From Candidatus Marinacidobacterales bacterium (GTDB taxonomy: Bacteria; Acidobacteriota; Vicinamibacteria; Marinacidobacterales; SMYC01): a DNA stretch of 64,000 bases. Location: positions 800,001 to 864,000 of the forward strand of contig CBDCYI010000004.1 of NCBI GenBank assembly GCA_965224085.1. Direction: 5' to 3'. How positions within the stretch are numbered: position 1 is the first letter of the stretch; each line of letters opens with the position of its first letter. The position numbers and the translations under genes are program-made. Shown in pieces: positions 11,018 through 20,167 of this stretch. The notes below the pieces were generated by a model that did no database searches, was not told the DNA's origin, and saw nothing but the letters and a program-made list of their open reading frames with translations.

Positions 11018-11426
11018 CCGATTGGACCCTCGCAAGCCTTCAAGAAGCTCTCGACGATCCGCCCTATCAACGCTTTTTGGGATTGAGAGCGGTCGCGATG
11101 GATCCGGAAGCGGGCACGATAACCCTGGCACTGCCCTTCAAGCGCGAACTGTGCCCTCGTCCAAAGTGCCCGAGATCCATGGCGGCGTCACGGCCGCGCT
11201 CATCGGTATCGCCGGAGACTATGCGCTTGCGATCCGGTCGGGCGATCTCGTTCCGACGATCGATCTGCGTATCGACTATCTGCGCATGGCGGTCGAGACC
11301 GAGCTCACCGCGACTGCACGCGTAGTCAAAATGGGGCGCACGCTCGGCATCGTCGACGTCGAGGTCCAAGACAAAGACGGCCGGCTCGTCGCTATAGGCC
11401 GCGGAACGTACTATGTGAAGCGCTGA
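11014..11426 (+). pseudogene. PaaI-family thioesterase, frameshifted
   Basis: N-half (PPYQRFLGL) and C-half (IHGGVTAAL, TIDLRIDYLR) lie in different frames; switch near 11155. Confidence 0.8.
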
Positions 11427-11515
11427 GAGAGTTCTCGGCAAGAACACGTTTGCATCCTCCACCGACAGCAGGTCACAATCTGGGAAAATCCATGTGCCGG
11501 TATTAGGAGTGCGTC

Positions 11516-11995
11516 ATGAAGCGCCTGTTTTGGATCATGCTTGCAACGTTGCTGGCTTCCTCGGCGACTGCACAATCACTCGCCGAGATCGCTAAAAAAG
11601 AAAAAGAGCGTCGCGCGAATAACGGCGCGGAGCAAACGCAGACGATCACCGAAATTGATCTGGCCAGAAACTTGCGTGGACCGATGACGATCTCTACCGC
11701 AGCGTCCGCAACGGTTGAAGACAGGAGCGCAGACGAGGAAGACGAGGGTGACGCTGCGCCCGAACCTGAAGACCCGAGGCAGACGGCGGAGTATTGGCGC
11801 AATCGTCTCTCGGGCGTGGATCAGAGGATCCAGACGCTCGAGCAACAGCTTCAAAGTCCGCTCTATACGTCCGATCCACGCGGCGCGCCACGGAGACAGC
11901 GTCTCGAGCAGCAACTCGCTCAGGCGCAATCGGAGCGCGCCGCCATCGTCGAAGAAGCCCGCCGCGCCGGCGCCCCGCCAGGCTGGCTGCGCTAG
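11516..11995 (+). CDS. Secreted hypothetical protein
   Basis: AGGAG RBS, signal peptide, QSLAEIAKKEKERR start, coiled coil, ends GAPPGWLR. Confidence 0.75.
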   Translation: MKRLFWIMLATLLASSATAQSLAEIAKKEKERRANNGAEQTQTITEIDLARNLRGPMTISTAASATVEDRSADEEDEGDAAPEPEDPRQTAEYWRNRLSGVDQRIQTLEQQLQSPLYTSDPRGAPRRQRLEQQLAQAQSERAAIVEEARRAGAPPGWLR

Positions 11996-12600
11996 CGCTC
12001 GATAACAGGGACGATCAGGTAGGACGGCCGATCGCGGTCGTGGTACACGGTCTGCTCCGCGACGAGACCTTTGGTCTCTTTGCCGATGGGGCCGCCCGTG
12101 TTCAAGTTCCGATCGAACTTCGGAAAGGCGCTCGAGGAGATCTCTAGGCGCAGGCGGTGTCCCTCCAACCGTACACGTCGACCAGCACGATAAGACCCGC
12201 CCGTCGTCCCGACTTTCCCGCTCGACCACGACTGCTCGGCGCACCACGTTTGCGTGTCGTAGCCGTCTTCAGCCTCGTAGATGAACGGATAGAACTCTCC
12301 GTCCGATTCGCCGCGGCCGCGCACGTCTTGAACGACATAGGCGTAGCCGTGCGAGGCCCAAAACATTCATCGAGACGCATAACCCGCCCTGGCGTTGTCA
12401 TAGGGCGTGCGGACGAGGATGACAGGAAACGTCCCCGGGGCATCGGGCCGGTACACATCGGCGGAGAGAGTGCTTCCGTCGCGCATCGGAACCCGCTGGT
12501 CGTATTCCATCTTGACCGCGTATTCCGACGCAGCCCCGACTGACCCGACTGACCCGACCGCGACGCCAAGGAGAACGAGGAGAAGACGCGCGGGCGTCAC
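11992..12600 (-). pseudogene. CocE/NonD hydrolase remnant (nonsense codon plus deletions)
   Basis: VPMRDG and RTPY, in-frame TGA at 12367-12369, GGSY joined almost directly to GHRLRLEISSSAFP. Confidence 0.85.
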
Positions 12601-12601
12601 G

Positions 12602-14500
12602 TTAGCTGCGCCGCGGCTCGTTTCGCGCTACAGAGAAAAAGTCGTGCCACTCGGAATCGGCGCCGCCATAGTGGCGTTCGATGGCAACGTCCAAAAGGTA
12701 AGGACGTCCGTCCGCCACAGCACCGAGACAGCGGTCGAGCGCGGCCGTCAGTTCTTCGGGCTTTTCGACATGCTCGCCTTCGACACCGTAGCCCTTCGCG
12801 ATCGAAACGTTGTCGATATCCGGAGAGCCGAGGGAGACGCCAACGTACTTCCCCGTCGCGGCGGCGCGTTTGCCGTAGGCGTCCAGGAACTTGCGGTTGG
12901 CCTGGTACTGACCGTTCCTGAAAATCACGACACCGATCGGCACTTCGTAGCGCACCGCGCTCCAGAGCGCTTGTACGCCGAATTGGAAGCTTCCGTCTCC
13001 GACGAGGGCAATGACTTGCTGATGCGGTTTGGCAATCTTCGCGCCGATAGCCGCCGCCACACCCCAGCCGAGCACCCCGCCACTCGATGTCAAGTTGCGG
13101 CGGCGGCGAGAGCTCGTGTGATCCATCTCGAGATAGGTCGACAAGTACGCCTCAGAAGTCACGAGCTCGCTCACGACGATGGCGTCCGGCTCGAGCTTGT
13201 TGCTGAGCTCTTTCATCAGCCGCTCGCACGCGATGGGCGCCTGGTCCCACTTCTCTGCCATGACCCGGTCGAGTCTCTCCCGCCGCGCTTGATGATACGC
13301 GACAACCCTCGACCTTCTTTCAGCGATCGCGGTCGTATTCAAGTTGCGGCTTTCGAGCTCTTCCATGATGACGCGGGCCGCGACTTGGACGTTCGCCATC
13401 ATAGGAACGTCCACGGGGTAGGTTCTTCCGATCTCCGCCGCGTCGAAGCCGGTGTGGAGTACTTTAGCGCTTCTTGGAACGACAGGCGTTTTTGGCAGCG
13501 CGCCCAAGGAGAACATCGTCCCGCCCGCGCTCCAATAAAGGTCGAATTTTTTCGGGTAGCTCGGATCTTCCGTGAACATCCCGGCGGAGTGCGGGTGCGT
13601 CGACGGGACGACATGGGGGCAATGGGCCACGTGCAGCTCTTTGAAGAGCGGCGCGCCGATGAGCTCCGCGATGCGAAGAAGCTCGTCCACGCCGCCGTAG
13701 CGGCTCACTTCCCGGCCCGCGGTGATGACGGGGAATTCGGCCGCCGTTAGAAGGTCACAAGCTTCCTGGACGAGGTCGTCGCTCGGCGGGAGCTCCAGAT
13801 GAAGCCCCGATCGCGCTTTGGGAACGATCTCGGCCGACGCTACCGTCTCCTCCCATAGATCCTTCGAGAACGTCACGAAGGTCGGCCCGCCGGGCGGAAC
13901 CGTCGCCAGCAGAAACGCCCGGCGCAGCACGTCGGGAATGGTCGACGCCGCCATCACGTCCCATGTCCAGCGCGTGTAGTCCTTTGGAAATTGATGGAGG
14001 TTCACCGCTTCCAGAAACGCGTTGGTGCCGCGGATCTCGGTTGCTTGACGGCCGACTGTGATCACGACGGGGATGCGGTCTTTGAAGGCGTTCACCATCG
14101 GTGCGAAGGCGTAGCCGGCGCCTGCCACCGAGTGCAAGTTAACGATCGGGATCTCGCCCGAGGCGCGCGCGTAGCCATCGGCCATCGACATCACGGAGCC
14201 TTCATGAAGGCTCTGCACATAGTGAAGCTCGAGCCGATCGACGAGCGCATCGAGAAATCCGACCTCCTCGGAGCCGCCCAGTCCGAAGACATACGGCACC
14301 TTCCAATCAAGCAGGAACTCGGCCATGAGCTCTCCGCCCGTCATGCCGTGCACAACCCGGCCGGGATCCTCGGTGGCGGCTTCCAAGCTCCTCGTGACGC
14401 CCGACGCCGCAGCGGAAGCGACCCCGACTTGGGCGAGCTGCCCCATGAAGGAACGACGGCCGATTTTCTTGTCCAGAAACAGACGCGCAGATTGCTTCAT
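12602..14500 (-). CDS. Thiamine-diphosphate-dependent enzyme (benzoylformate decarboxylase-like) with twin-arginine-like leader
   Basis: LHEG..MADGYARASG and GDGSFQFG...N motifs; N-terminal GRRSFM. Confidence 0.85.
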   Translation of the reverse strand: MKQSARLFLDKKIGRRSFMGQLAQVGVASAAASGVTRSLEAATEDPGRVVHGMTGGELMAEFLLDWKVPYVFGLGGSEEVGFLDALVDRLELHYVQSLHEGSVMSMADGYARASGEIPIVNLHSVAGAGYAFAPMVNAFKDRIPVVITVGRQATEIRGTNAFLEAVNLHQFPKDYTRWTWDVMAASTIPDVLRRAFLLATVPPGGPTFVTFSKDLWEETVASAEIVPKARSGLHLELPPSDDLVQEACDLLTAAEFPVITAGREVSRYGGVDELLRIAELIGAPLFKELHVAHCPHVVPSTHPHSAGMFTEDPSYPKKFDLYWSAGGTMFSLGALPKTPVVPRSAKVLHTGFDAAEIGRTYPVDVPMMANVQVAARVIMEELESRNLNTTAIAERRSRVVAYHQARRERLDRVMAEKWDQAPIACERLMKELSNKLEPDAIVVSELVTSEAYLSTYLEMDHTSSRRRRNLTSSGGVLGWGVAAAIGAKIAKPHQQVIALVGDGSFQFGVQALWSAVRYEVPIGVVIFRNGQYQANRKFLDAYGKRAAATGKYVGVSLGSPDIDNVSIAKGYGVEGEHVEKPEELTAALDRCLGAVADGRPYLLDVAIERHYGGADSEWHDFFSVARNEPRRS

Positions 14501-15357
14501 GACGTTTCTCCGAACTCTAGAATGACCCCACCCGCGCGCTCGGGGCGAACCCAGATACCCGCCTCCGACGCATGCGGCGTCACGCCACTCCCTTCCAGAA
14601 ACTTTCGTGTCTCGTCGACGCTATCAACGGCGAGCGTCACAAGTGCAACGGACGGCACCGCGGGCAGCACGGCTTCGGGGTAGGTCTTAGCCATCGCACC
14701 GCGCTCGGTGATGGCGACATAGCCTTCGTCGAGCGAAAAATAGGGATAGCCGTCGACCGCGGTACCCCCAAGACCGGTACAGAACTCGAAACGCGCCGCG
14801 CTTTCCTCCGGGTTCTCGGAGCAGATCGTGATTCCGGAGAGCCCCACCACGCCATTCTTGTGTTTCAGAAGCTTCTTCTGCCACAGCACGCTCGGCGTCG
14901 CTTGCTCGATGAAGAAAAGCTCCGCCTCGGGAAAGGCTTTCCCGTCGAGATGAGCGATTCTGAACAGCCCTTCGCGCGTGCTCTGCCCATAGGGTACGTC
15001 CCGCCCCACCTCGACGGGTTTCTGAAGGCCGGGGGTGCGGTCTTTCCGCTCGGCATAGAACGCCGCCGCGTTCGCGCATCCGAGTGCTACGAGAGAGACC
15101 CCGTGAAAGCGGTCGAGAGCGGCTTTGAAATGCTCGTGGTAACGGTTAGGGTCGGTGAGACCTAGGATCTCGTAATAGCCTCGCTTGAACATCGCGCAGT
15201 GATTCCCCGAGCCCCAAGGCACGATGGGGCCGTCGGACGTCACGCGCCCTTTGTGCGAGCTCTCGCGTGTGAGCTGAAAGCCGAGCGTCTCGTAATCGTT
15301 CTTCGATTGTCCCAAGTCGGGCGTCACGAGCGCGACGTGATCGAGTGTGAGTTTCAT
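14497..15357 (-). CDS. VOC/glyoxalase-like protein
   Basis: LDHVAL...LGFQLT, GSGNHCAMF..GYYEIL and terminal GVILEF; start MKLTLDH. Confidence 0.75.
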   Translation of the reverse strand: MKLTLDHVALVTPDLGQSKNDYETLGFQLTRESSHKGRVTSDGPIVPWGSGNHCAMFKRGYYEILGLTDPNRYHEHFKAALDRFHGVSLVALGCANAAAFYAERKDRTPGLQKPVEVGRDVPYGQSTREGLFRIAHLDGKAFPEAELFFIEQATPSVLWQKKLLKHKNGVVGLSGITICSENPEESAARFEFCTGLGGTAVDGYPYFSLDEGYVAITERGAMAKTYPEAVLPAVPSVALVTLAVDSVDETRKFLEGSGVTPHASEAGIWVRPERAGGVILEFGETS

Positions 15358-16916
15358 GGGCGTTTCCCAGCTTTTGCTATCCCTGTTCCCAGTGTTTGTT
15401 GAAGCTCGCGCTGAACGATCCCGCGGTCGACTTTTCCGACTCCGTTGAGCGGCAGATGGTCGACGATCACGATGCGACGAGGATGCGCGTAAGCGGGACC
15501 GTTCGCGAGACAAAAGCTTTTCAAAGTTTCCTCATCGATCAACGCGGCGTCTTCCCGTCGCATCGCCATCGCCACCGGCACGTGACCTTTCACCGGATGC
15601 CCGACGGGCACGACCGCGGCATCATAGACATCGGGATGAGACAGTAAGAGATCTTCGACCTCTTTCGGGTAGATGTTCTCGCCGCCGCAGTTGAACATAT
15701 CATCGGTGCGTCCCTTGAAATAAAAAAAACCCTCCTCGTCGCGCGCAAACAAATCACCCGTCGCGAGCCAACCGTCCCGGATCCGCTCATGGTTGAGCTC
15801 GGGCAAGTTGTGGTAGCCGGGCGTGACCCCGGGATTCTTGACCAAAAGCTCGCCTTCGTGAGGCTGCTCCGTCCCGTTCGCGTCGACGAGCTTGACCTCC
15901 CCCTCGGGCCACGCCACCCCGCAGCTTCCAAAAGGCACTCCGCGGCCATCGAGAGGCGGCCCAATCATCACCGGTCCGCCTTCGGTTAGTCCATAACTTT
16001 CAGACACTTTGACACCGAAGGCGTCGCGCACCGCAAGCAAGAGCTCTTTTTGCGCTGGGGCGGAGCCCAGGCTGAACGATTCGAGCTTCGAGAAGTCGAG
16101 TTCTTCGATGAGGTCGTCGTGCTGCAAGAGCTTCGTGAAGACGGCCGGCACGGCACCCGCCTGGGTGCAGCCATATGCGGAGAGCGTTCTCAGAAATCGC
16201 CGGGGCTCGAAGTCTTCAAGCAGCACCACCGTCCCGCCGCTTTGAAGAAGCGGCTTGATGGCGCCCACCATAGCGTTTTTGTGATAGAGCGGCACGGCAG
16301 CCGCCCACGCGTTCGATTTTTCCGGCCAGTACTTCTCGAGGCACCGGATCCACCAGAGCTGCCCTCCATGGGTGAGGACGACGCCTTTGGGTTTTCCGGT
16401 CGAGCCAGAAGTGTAGGGCTGGAACGACGGGTGGCCGTCGTCGATCGCGAGGGGCTCGAAATGCGCGTCTGCGCTCCGGAGGGTCTCTTCGTAGTCGAGC
16501 CAGCCCGCCGGTATCGGCTCGAAGGAAAGCCGATGCGGAAGCGCGAGCGCGTCGACGACATCCACGATGAAGCGATTGCATGAAGGCTCGACGAAAGCGG
16601 CGACGGCGGACGCATCCTGCAAAACGTAGTCGAGCGTTTCGCGGCCGAGCTTCGTGTTCAGCGGCACGGGCACGAGACCCGCGCGCATCGCACCATACAT
16701 GATCTCGACGAACTCGACCCGGTTTCCAATGGCCATCGCCACCCGATCGCCCAGAGAGAGACCGCGCGCCGCAAGCAGGTTGGCAACGCGATCCATCCGC
16801 TCGTCGATCTCCCGATAGCGCAGCTCGCGCGGTAGGTCTCGAGAAAGATCAATTATGGCGAGGCGCTCGGGATAACGCTCGACGGCGCGGGAGCACCAGT
16901 AACCCAAGTTATTCAC
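15354..16916 (-). CDS. Acyl-CoA synthetase (AMP-binding)
   Basis: YTSGSTGKPKG, YGLTEG, TGD and GRTDDM motifs; real start is probably GTG at 16916. Confidence 0.88.
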   Translation of the reverse strand: MNNLGYWCSRAVERYPERLAIIDLSRDLPRELRYREIDERMDRVANLLAARGLSLGDRVAMAIGNRVEFVEIMYGAMRAGLVPVPLNTKLGRETLDYVLQDASAVAAFVEPSCNRFIVDVVDALALPHRLSFEPIPAGWLDYEETLRSADAHFEPLAIDDGHPSFQPYTSGSTGKPKGVVLTHGGQLWWIRCLEKYWPEKSNAWAAAVPLYHKNAMVGAIKPLLQSGGTVVLLEDFEPRRFLRTLSAYGCTQAGAVPAVFTKLLQHDDLIEELDFSKLESFSLGSAPAQKELLLAVRDAFGVKVSESYGLTEGGPVMIGPPLDGRGVPFGSCGVAWPEGEVKLVDANGTEQPHEGELLVKNPGVTPGYHNLPELNHERIRDGWLATGDLFARDEEGFFYFKGRTDDMFNCGGENIYPKEVEDLLLSHPDVYDAAVVPVGHPVKGHVPVAMAMRREDAALIDEETLKSFCLANGPAYAHPRRIVIVDHLPLNGVGKVDRGIVQRELQQTLGTGIAKAGKRP

Positions 16917-16930
16917 ACGCACGCTAGAAT

Positions 16931-17186
16931 CTTCACCATCATCGACCTCGAACACGTGACGTATTTCGATAGCTTGGCGATTGGGCTTCTCATCGCCCAC
17001 TACATCTCTGTCAGCCAGCGCGGAGGCCGCGTCCTTCTCTTGAAGGCCGATGAAAAGATCCGCATCCTGATGAGGATGACGCGTCTCGAGGATCGATTCG
17101 CGTGGGTCACGGATTTGGAGGAAGCGCTGCGCACGGTCGAGGAAACGGGATTGGCTCGACCTGACCCGCAAAGCGACAGCCGATGA
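16931..17186 (+). pseudogene. 5'-truncated STAS (anti-sigma-factor antagonist) domain
   Basis: IIDLEHVTYFDSLAIGLL...RGGRVLL matches the STAS DL..V...DS.G.G pattern; N-terminus missing. Confidence 0.6.
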
Positions 17187-17187
17187 G

Positions 17188-17322
17188 GTCAGTTTCCGAC
17201 ACGGCGCTCGAGCGCGTGGAAGCGTGCGCTCGAGCGCAGCACGTCGAGCCTCGGGTCGACGGCCATTCCACGAGGTCTGATTCCTCGTCGTCGAAGGCGC
17301 GCTCGAGCCAATCGAGATCGCC
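17188..17322 (-). pseudogene. C-terminal remnant of a TPR/kinase-type protein
   Basis: LDWLERAFDDEESDLV/MAVDPRLDVLRSSARFHALERRVGN* resembles the WLERA...DPRLDPLRSDPRF tail of acidobacterial kinase/TPR proteins. Confidence 0.55.
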
Positions 17323-17981
17323 GTCTCGTAGCTCGGCACGATCAGAAAATCGACGTCGATGCTCGGACGCCCTCCCCAGTACTCATCGTGCACCGCAAGC
17401 CGCACGACCTGGCCCCGACGCCATTCCATGAAAGAGAACGGACCCGTGCCCGCCGAGACTTTGCTCGGCCAGTCTTCGCCGTGCTCGTCGAAGACTCCAC
17501 GATCCATGATGTAAATCGGACAGATCGGAAGAGAACCTCCGCCTCACGAAATCGCACGTCTAACGTGAGCTCGTCGACTACGGTAACCCCCGAAAGCTCC
17601 TCGGTCTCACCGCTTTGAACCGCACCCGCCCCCTCGATAGAAGCCGCATATTTCGCGTTCAACCCGCCGCGGTTTCCAGGAATGAGCAGTTGCTCGAGCG
17701 ACCACTTGACGTCCGCTGCGCTCAAGATGCGGCCGCTTTTGAAACGAGACACGCGCACGCAGATGAAAGCGAAACCCGCGGTTGTCGTCGTGAGCCTCCC
17801 AAGACGTCGCCAAGAACGGCACAACATTGCCGTCCGCATCGAGCCCCGAAAAACTCTCGTACATGTTCCCAGCCAGAAGCTCGAAATAGGTGATGGGGTC
17901 GATCATGGCTGGATCCGCCTTGAGATTAGTCCGCAGAATATTCCAGATGGTAGATCCGACAATCCCCCAAACACCCTGCAA
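17323..17981 (-). pseudogene. Family-5 ABC substrate-binding protein fragments
   Basis: LATSWE, LSAADVKWSL and AGTGPFSFMEW spread over three frames; truncated. Confidence 0.75.
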
Positions 17982-18035
17982 GCATCAGAGAGCACGAGAG
18001 AGCCGATAGCAGATAGCGGGTCACCGAAATACCGT

Positions 18036-19316
18036 TCAATCCGTCAGGCTCTGCGTCTCCTGAGCCACGCGCTCGACCTCGCGCCAGACGCGCAGCAAGT
18101 TACCGCTCCAAAACTGCGCGATCTGCTCCTCGGCGTAGCCGCGCCGGACGAGCTCGAGAGTCACGTTGAAGGTCTCGCTCGCGTCGTTCCAGCCTTCGAT
18201 GCCGCCGCCGCCGTCGAAATCCGAGCTGATGCCGACATGGTCCGCGCCCATGATCTCGACCGCGTGGTCGATGTGGTCGACGAAGTCCTGGACGGTGGCC
18301 GGCGGCCACTGCTCGTCGAGCTCCGCGCGGCTGGCGATGAGCTCTGCGCGCTTCTCGTCGGAAAGCTCCGAGAGACTCCCCATCGACGAGATGCCGAACT
18401 CCGCGAAAAGCTCGTCCATTGCCGCCCGTTTTTCGGGCGGGTTGTTGACGTAAGAACCGAGCGCGACCGTCTGCATGACGCCGCCATTTTCCGCGAGGGC
18501 GCGAAGTTGCTCGTCATCCATGTTGCGCGGATGGTCGGCGAGTGCTTTGGTGCTCGAGTGCGAAGCGATCGCGGGCGCTTTCGACAGCCGCACCGCGTCG
18601 AGCATCGCGGCCTTAGAGATGTGCGACACGTCCACCATGATCCCGAGGCGGTTCATCTCGGCGATGACTTCCTCGCCAAAACCACTCACCCCGTCATGCT
18701 CCGATTCTGCATCGCCGAAATTCTCGCGCGGTGTAGACGAGTCCGCGATGTCGTTGTGGCCGCCATGGGCGAGCGTGATGTAGCGCGCGCCGAGCTCGTG
18801 ATACTTCTCGAGCAGACTCAAATCCTTCCCGATGACATAGCCGTTCTCGATCCCGATCGTGGCGACGAGCTTTCCCGATTCGTAGATACGGACGACATCA
18901 TCGGCGGTATAGGCGAACTCGATCCGATCGGGATACATGTCATCGGCCATACGGTGGATGGCGTTGAATTTCGTCATCGCATCCCGCTTCGCCTTTTCGT
19001 AGTTCTCCGGCGTACGGGCCGTCTGCCCCACATAGACGATGAAGAAGGCCGCGTTCAGACCGCCCTCTTCCATTTTCGGGAGATCGACTTTGAAGTCGCC
19101 GCGGACACCTGGATCGACTTCCTCGGTGGCGTAGTTGCTCGGGATGTCAACATGCGTGTCGAGGGTCAACACGCGATCGTGGATCCCGCGCGCTCGCTCG
19201 ACGAGCTCGGCTTCGGATTCGGCGGTGTCGGCCGCAGACGCCTCGGTGCTATCCGTGGGCCGGCAGGCGACCAAAAAAGTGAGGACGAAAAGGGCCAAAA
19301 ATAGCTTGGTTGTCAT
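18036..19316 (-). CDS. Membrane dipeptidase (M19), lipoprotein
   Basis: DTHVD, DVSH, ASHS, HPRN and SSDFDG motifs; lipobox LVAC. Confidence 0.9.
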   Translation of the reverse strand: MTTKLFLALFVLTFLVACRPTDSTEASAADTAESEAELVERARGIHDRVLTLDTHVDIPSNYATEEVDPGVRGDFKVDLPKMEEGGLNAAFFIVYVGQTARTPENYEKAKRDAMTKFNAIHRMADDMYPDRIEFAYTADDVVRIYESGKLVATIGIENGYVIGKDLSLLEKYHELGARYITLAHGGHNDIADSSTPRENFGDAESEHDGVSGFGEEVIAEMNRLGIMVDVSHISKAAMLDAVRLSKAPAIASHSSTKALADHPRNMDDEQLRALAENGGVMQTVALGSYVNNPPEKRAAMDELFAEFGISSMGSLSELSDEKRAELIASRAELDEQWPPATVQDFVDHIDHAVEIMGADHVGISSDFDGGGGIEGWNDASETFNVTLELVRRGYAEEQIAQFWSGNLLRVWREVERVAQETQSLTD

Positions 19317-19377
19317 AACGCGCTCCTATGATAGGAGCGAGTTTATCATGACGCCGGCACGACAGAGACGCCGCGTG

Positions 19378-19617
19378 CTAGAGGATGTCTTTGAGCTTCA
19401 GGCCTTCGTCGCGCAGATAGGTAAGGAGGCCCTTTTTGTCGATTGTGCGAAGCGCTCGTGTGGAGAGCCGTATGCGGACGGTCCGGTCGAGCTCGGGGAT
19501 GTAGATGCGCTTCCACTGAAGGTTGGGAAGCTGCCGACGCCGCGTCTTGTTATGAGCGTGGGAAACATTATTCCCCGCCATGGGGCCTTTGCCGGTGAGC
19601 TTGCACTTGCGGGACAT
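19378..19617 (-). CDS. rpmB: 50S ribosomal protein L28
   Basis: MSRKCKLTGK..GNNVSHAHNKTRRRQLPNLQ. Confidence 0.97.
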   Translation of the reverse strand: MSRKCKLTGKGPMAGNNVSHAHNKTRRRQLPNLQWKRIYIPELDRTVRIRLSTRALRTIDKKGLLTYLRDEGLKLKDIL

Positions 19618-19709
19618 TTTCTCGAACTCCTTACGTCAACAAACATACTAGTATACTTGTTTCCGCCTCGCACACACAAGGCGGGGACATTGCGAAGACG
19701 GAGGAGTTC

Positions 19710-20167
19710 ATGTTCGGGATGAAACCAAGGGGTCAGCGCGAGCCGGAGCGCGATTTGGGCTTCGGGTCCGCCCTACCGTCGCCTTCAGTCGCATGGTGGA
19801 AGAAGACGGGCGCTGCATCCGCCGTTTCTACCCGCTAGCGCTCGAGCGGCAGAAAGTCGTTTTCTTCCCTCTTGCGTGGACCATCGTCCATCCCATCAAC
19901 AGGGACAGCCCGATCTACGACCTGACGAGCGAAGAGTGCATCCGCTCGGATGCCGAGATTCTCGTGCTCCTCAAAGGGATCGACGAGACGTTCTCCCAAA
20001 CGGTGCACGCGCGCTCGTCCTACATCGCCGAGGAGATCCTGTGGAGCTCCAAGTTCTCGGATCTATACCTGCGCGAAGGCGAGCACATCGTCGGGATCGA
20101 CCTCGGCCGGCTGAGTGATTTCGAGCGCGCTACGGCCCTTATGGCCACTACTGCCACTACTGAATAA
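19710..20167 (+). pseudogene. KirBac inward-rectifier K+ channel lacking the pore region
   Basis: GGAGGA plus ATG at 19710 (…DLGFG), then a jump near 19775 to the cytoplasmic domain (FPLAWTIVHPINRDSP, GIDETFSQTVHARSSY). Confidence 0.8.

Noticed and set aside
12367-12369. In-frame TGA as selenocysteine or recoding
   Set aside because: The position likely corresponds to Gly (GGA to TGA) in a gene already destroyed by deletions; TGA is a normal stop elsewhere.
15354-17507. 717-aa ORF as an SBP/acyl-CoA ligase fusion
   Set aside because: The N-terminal ~200 aa is read-through of unrelated remnants; ligase homology starts at about 16916.
12407-19304. Long antisense ORFs (e.g. 12407-13750, 17682-19304, and others across the window)
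   Set aside because: Shadow frames of real genes, expected at high GC; no recognisable motifs.
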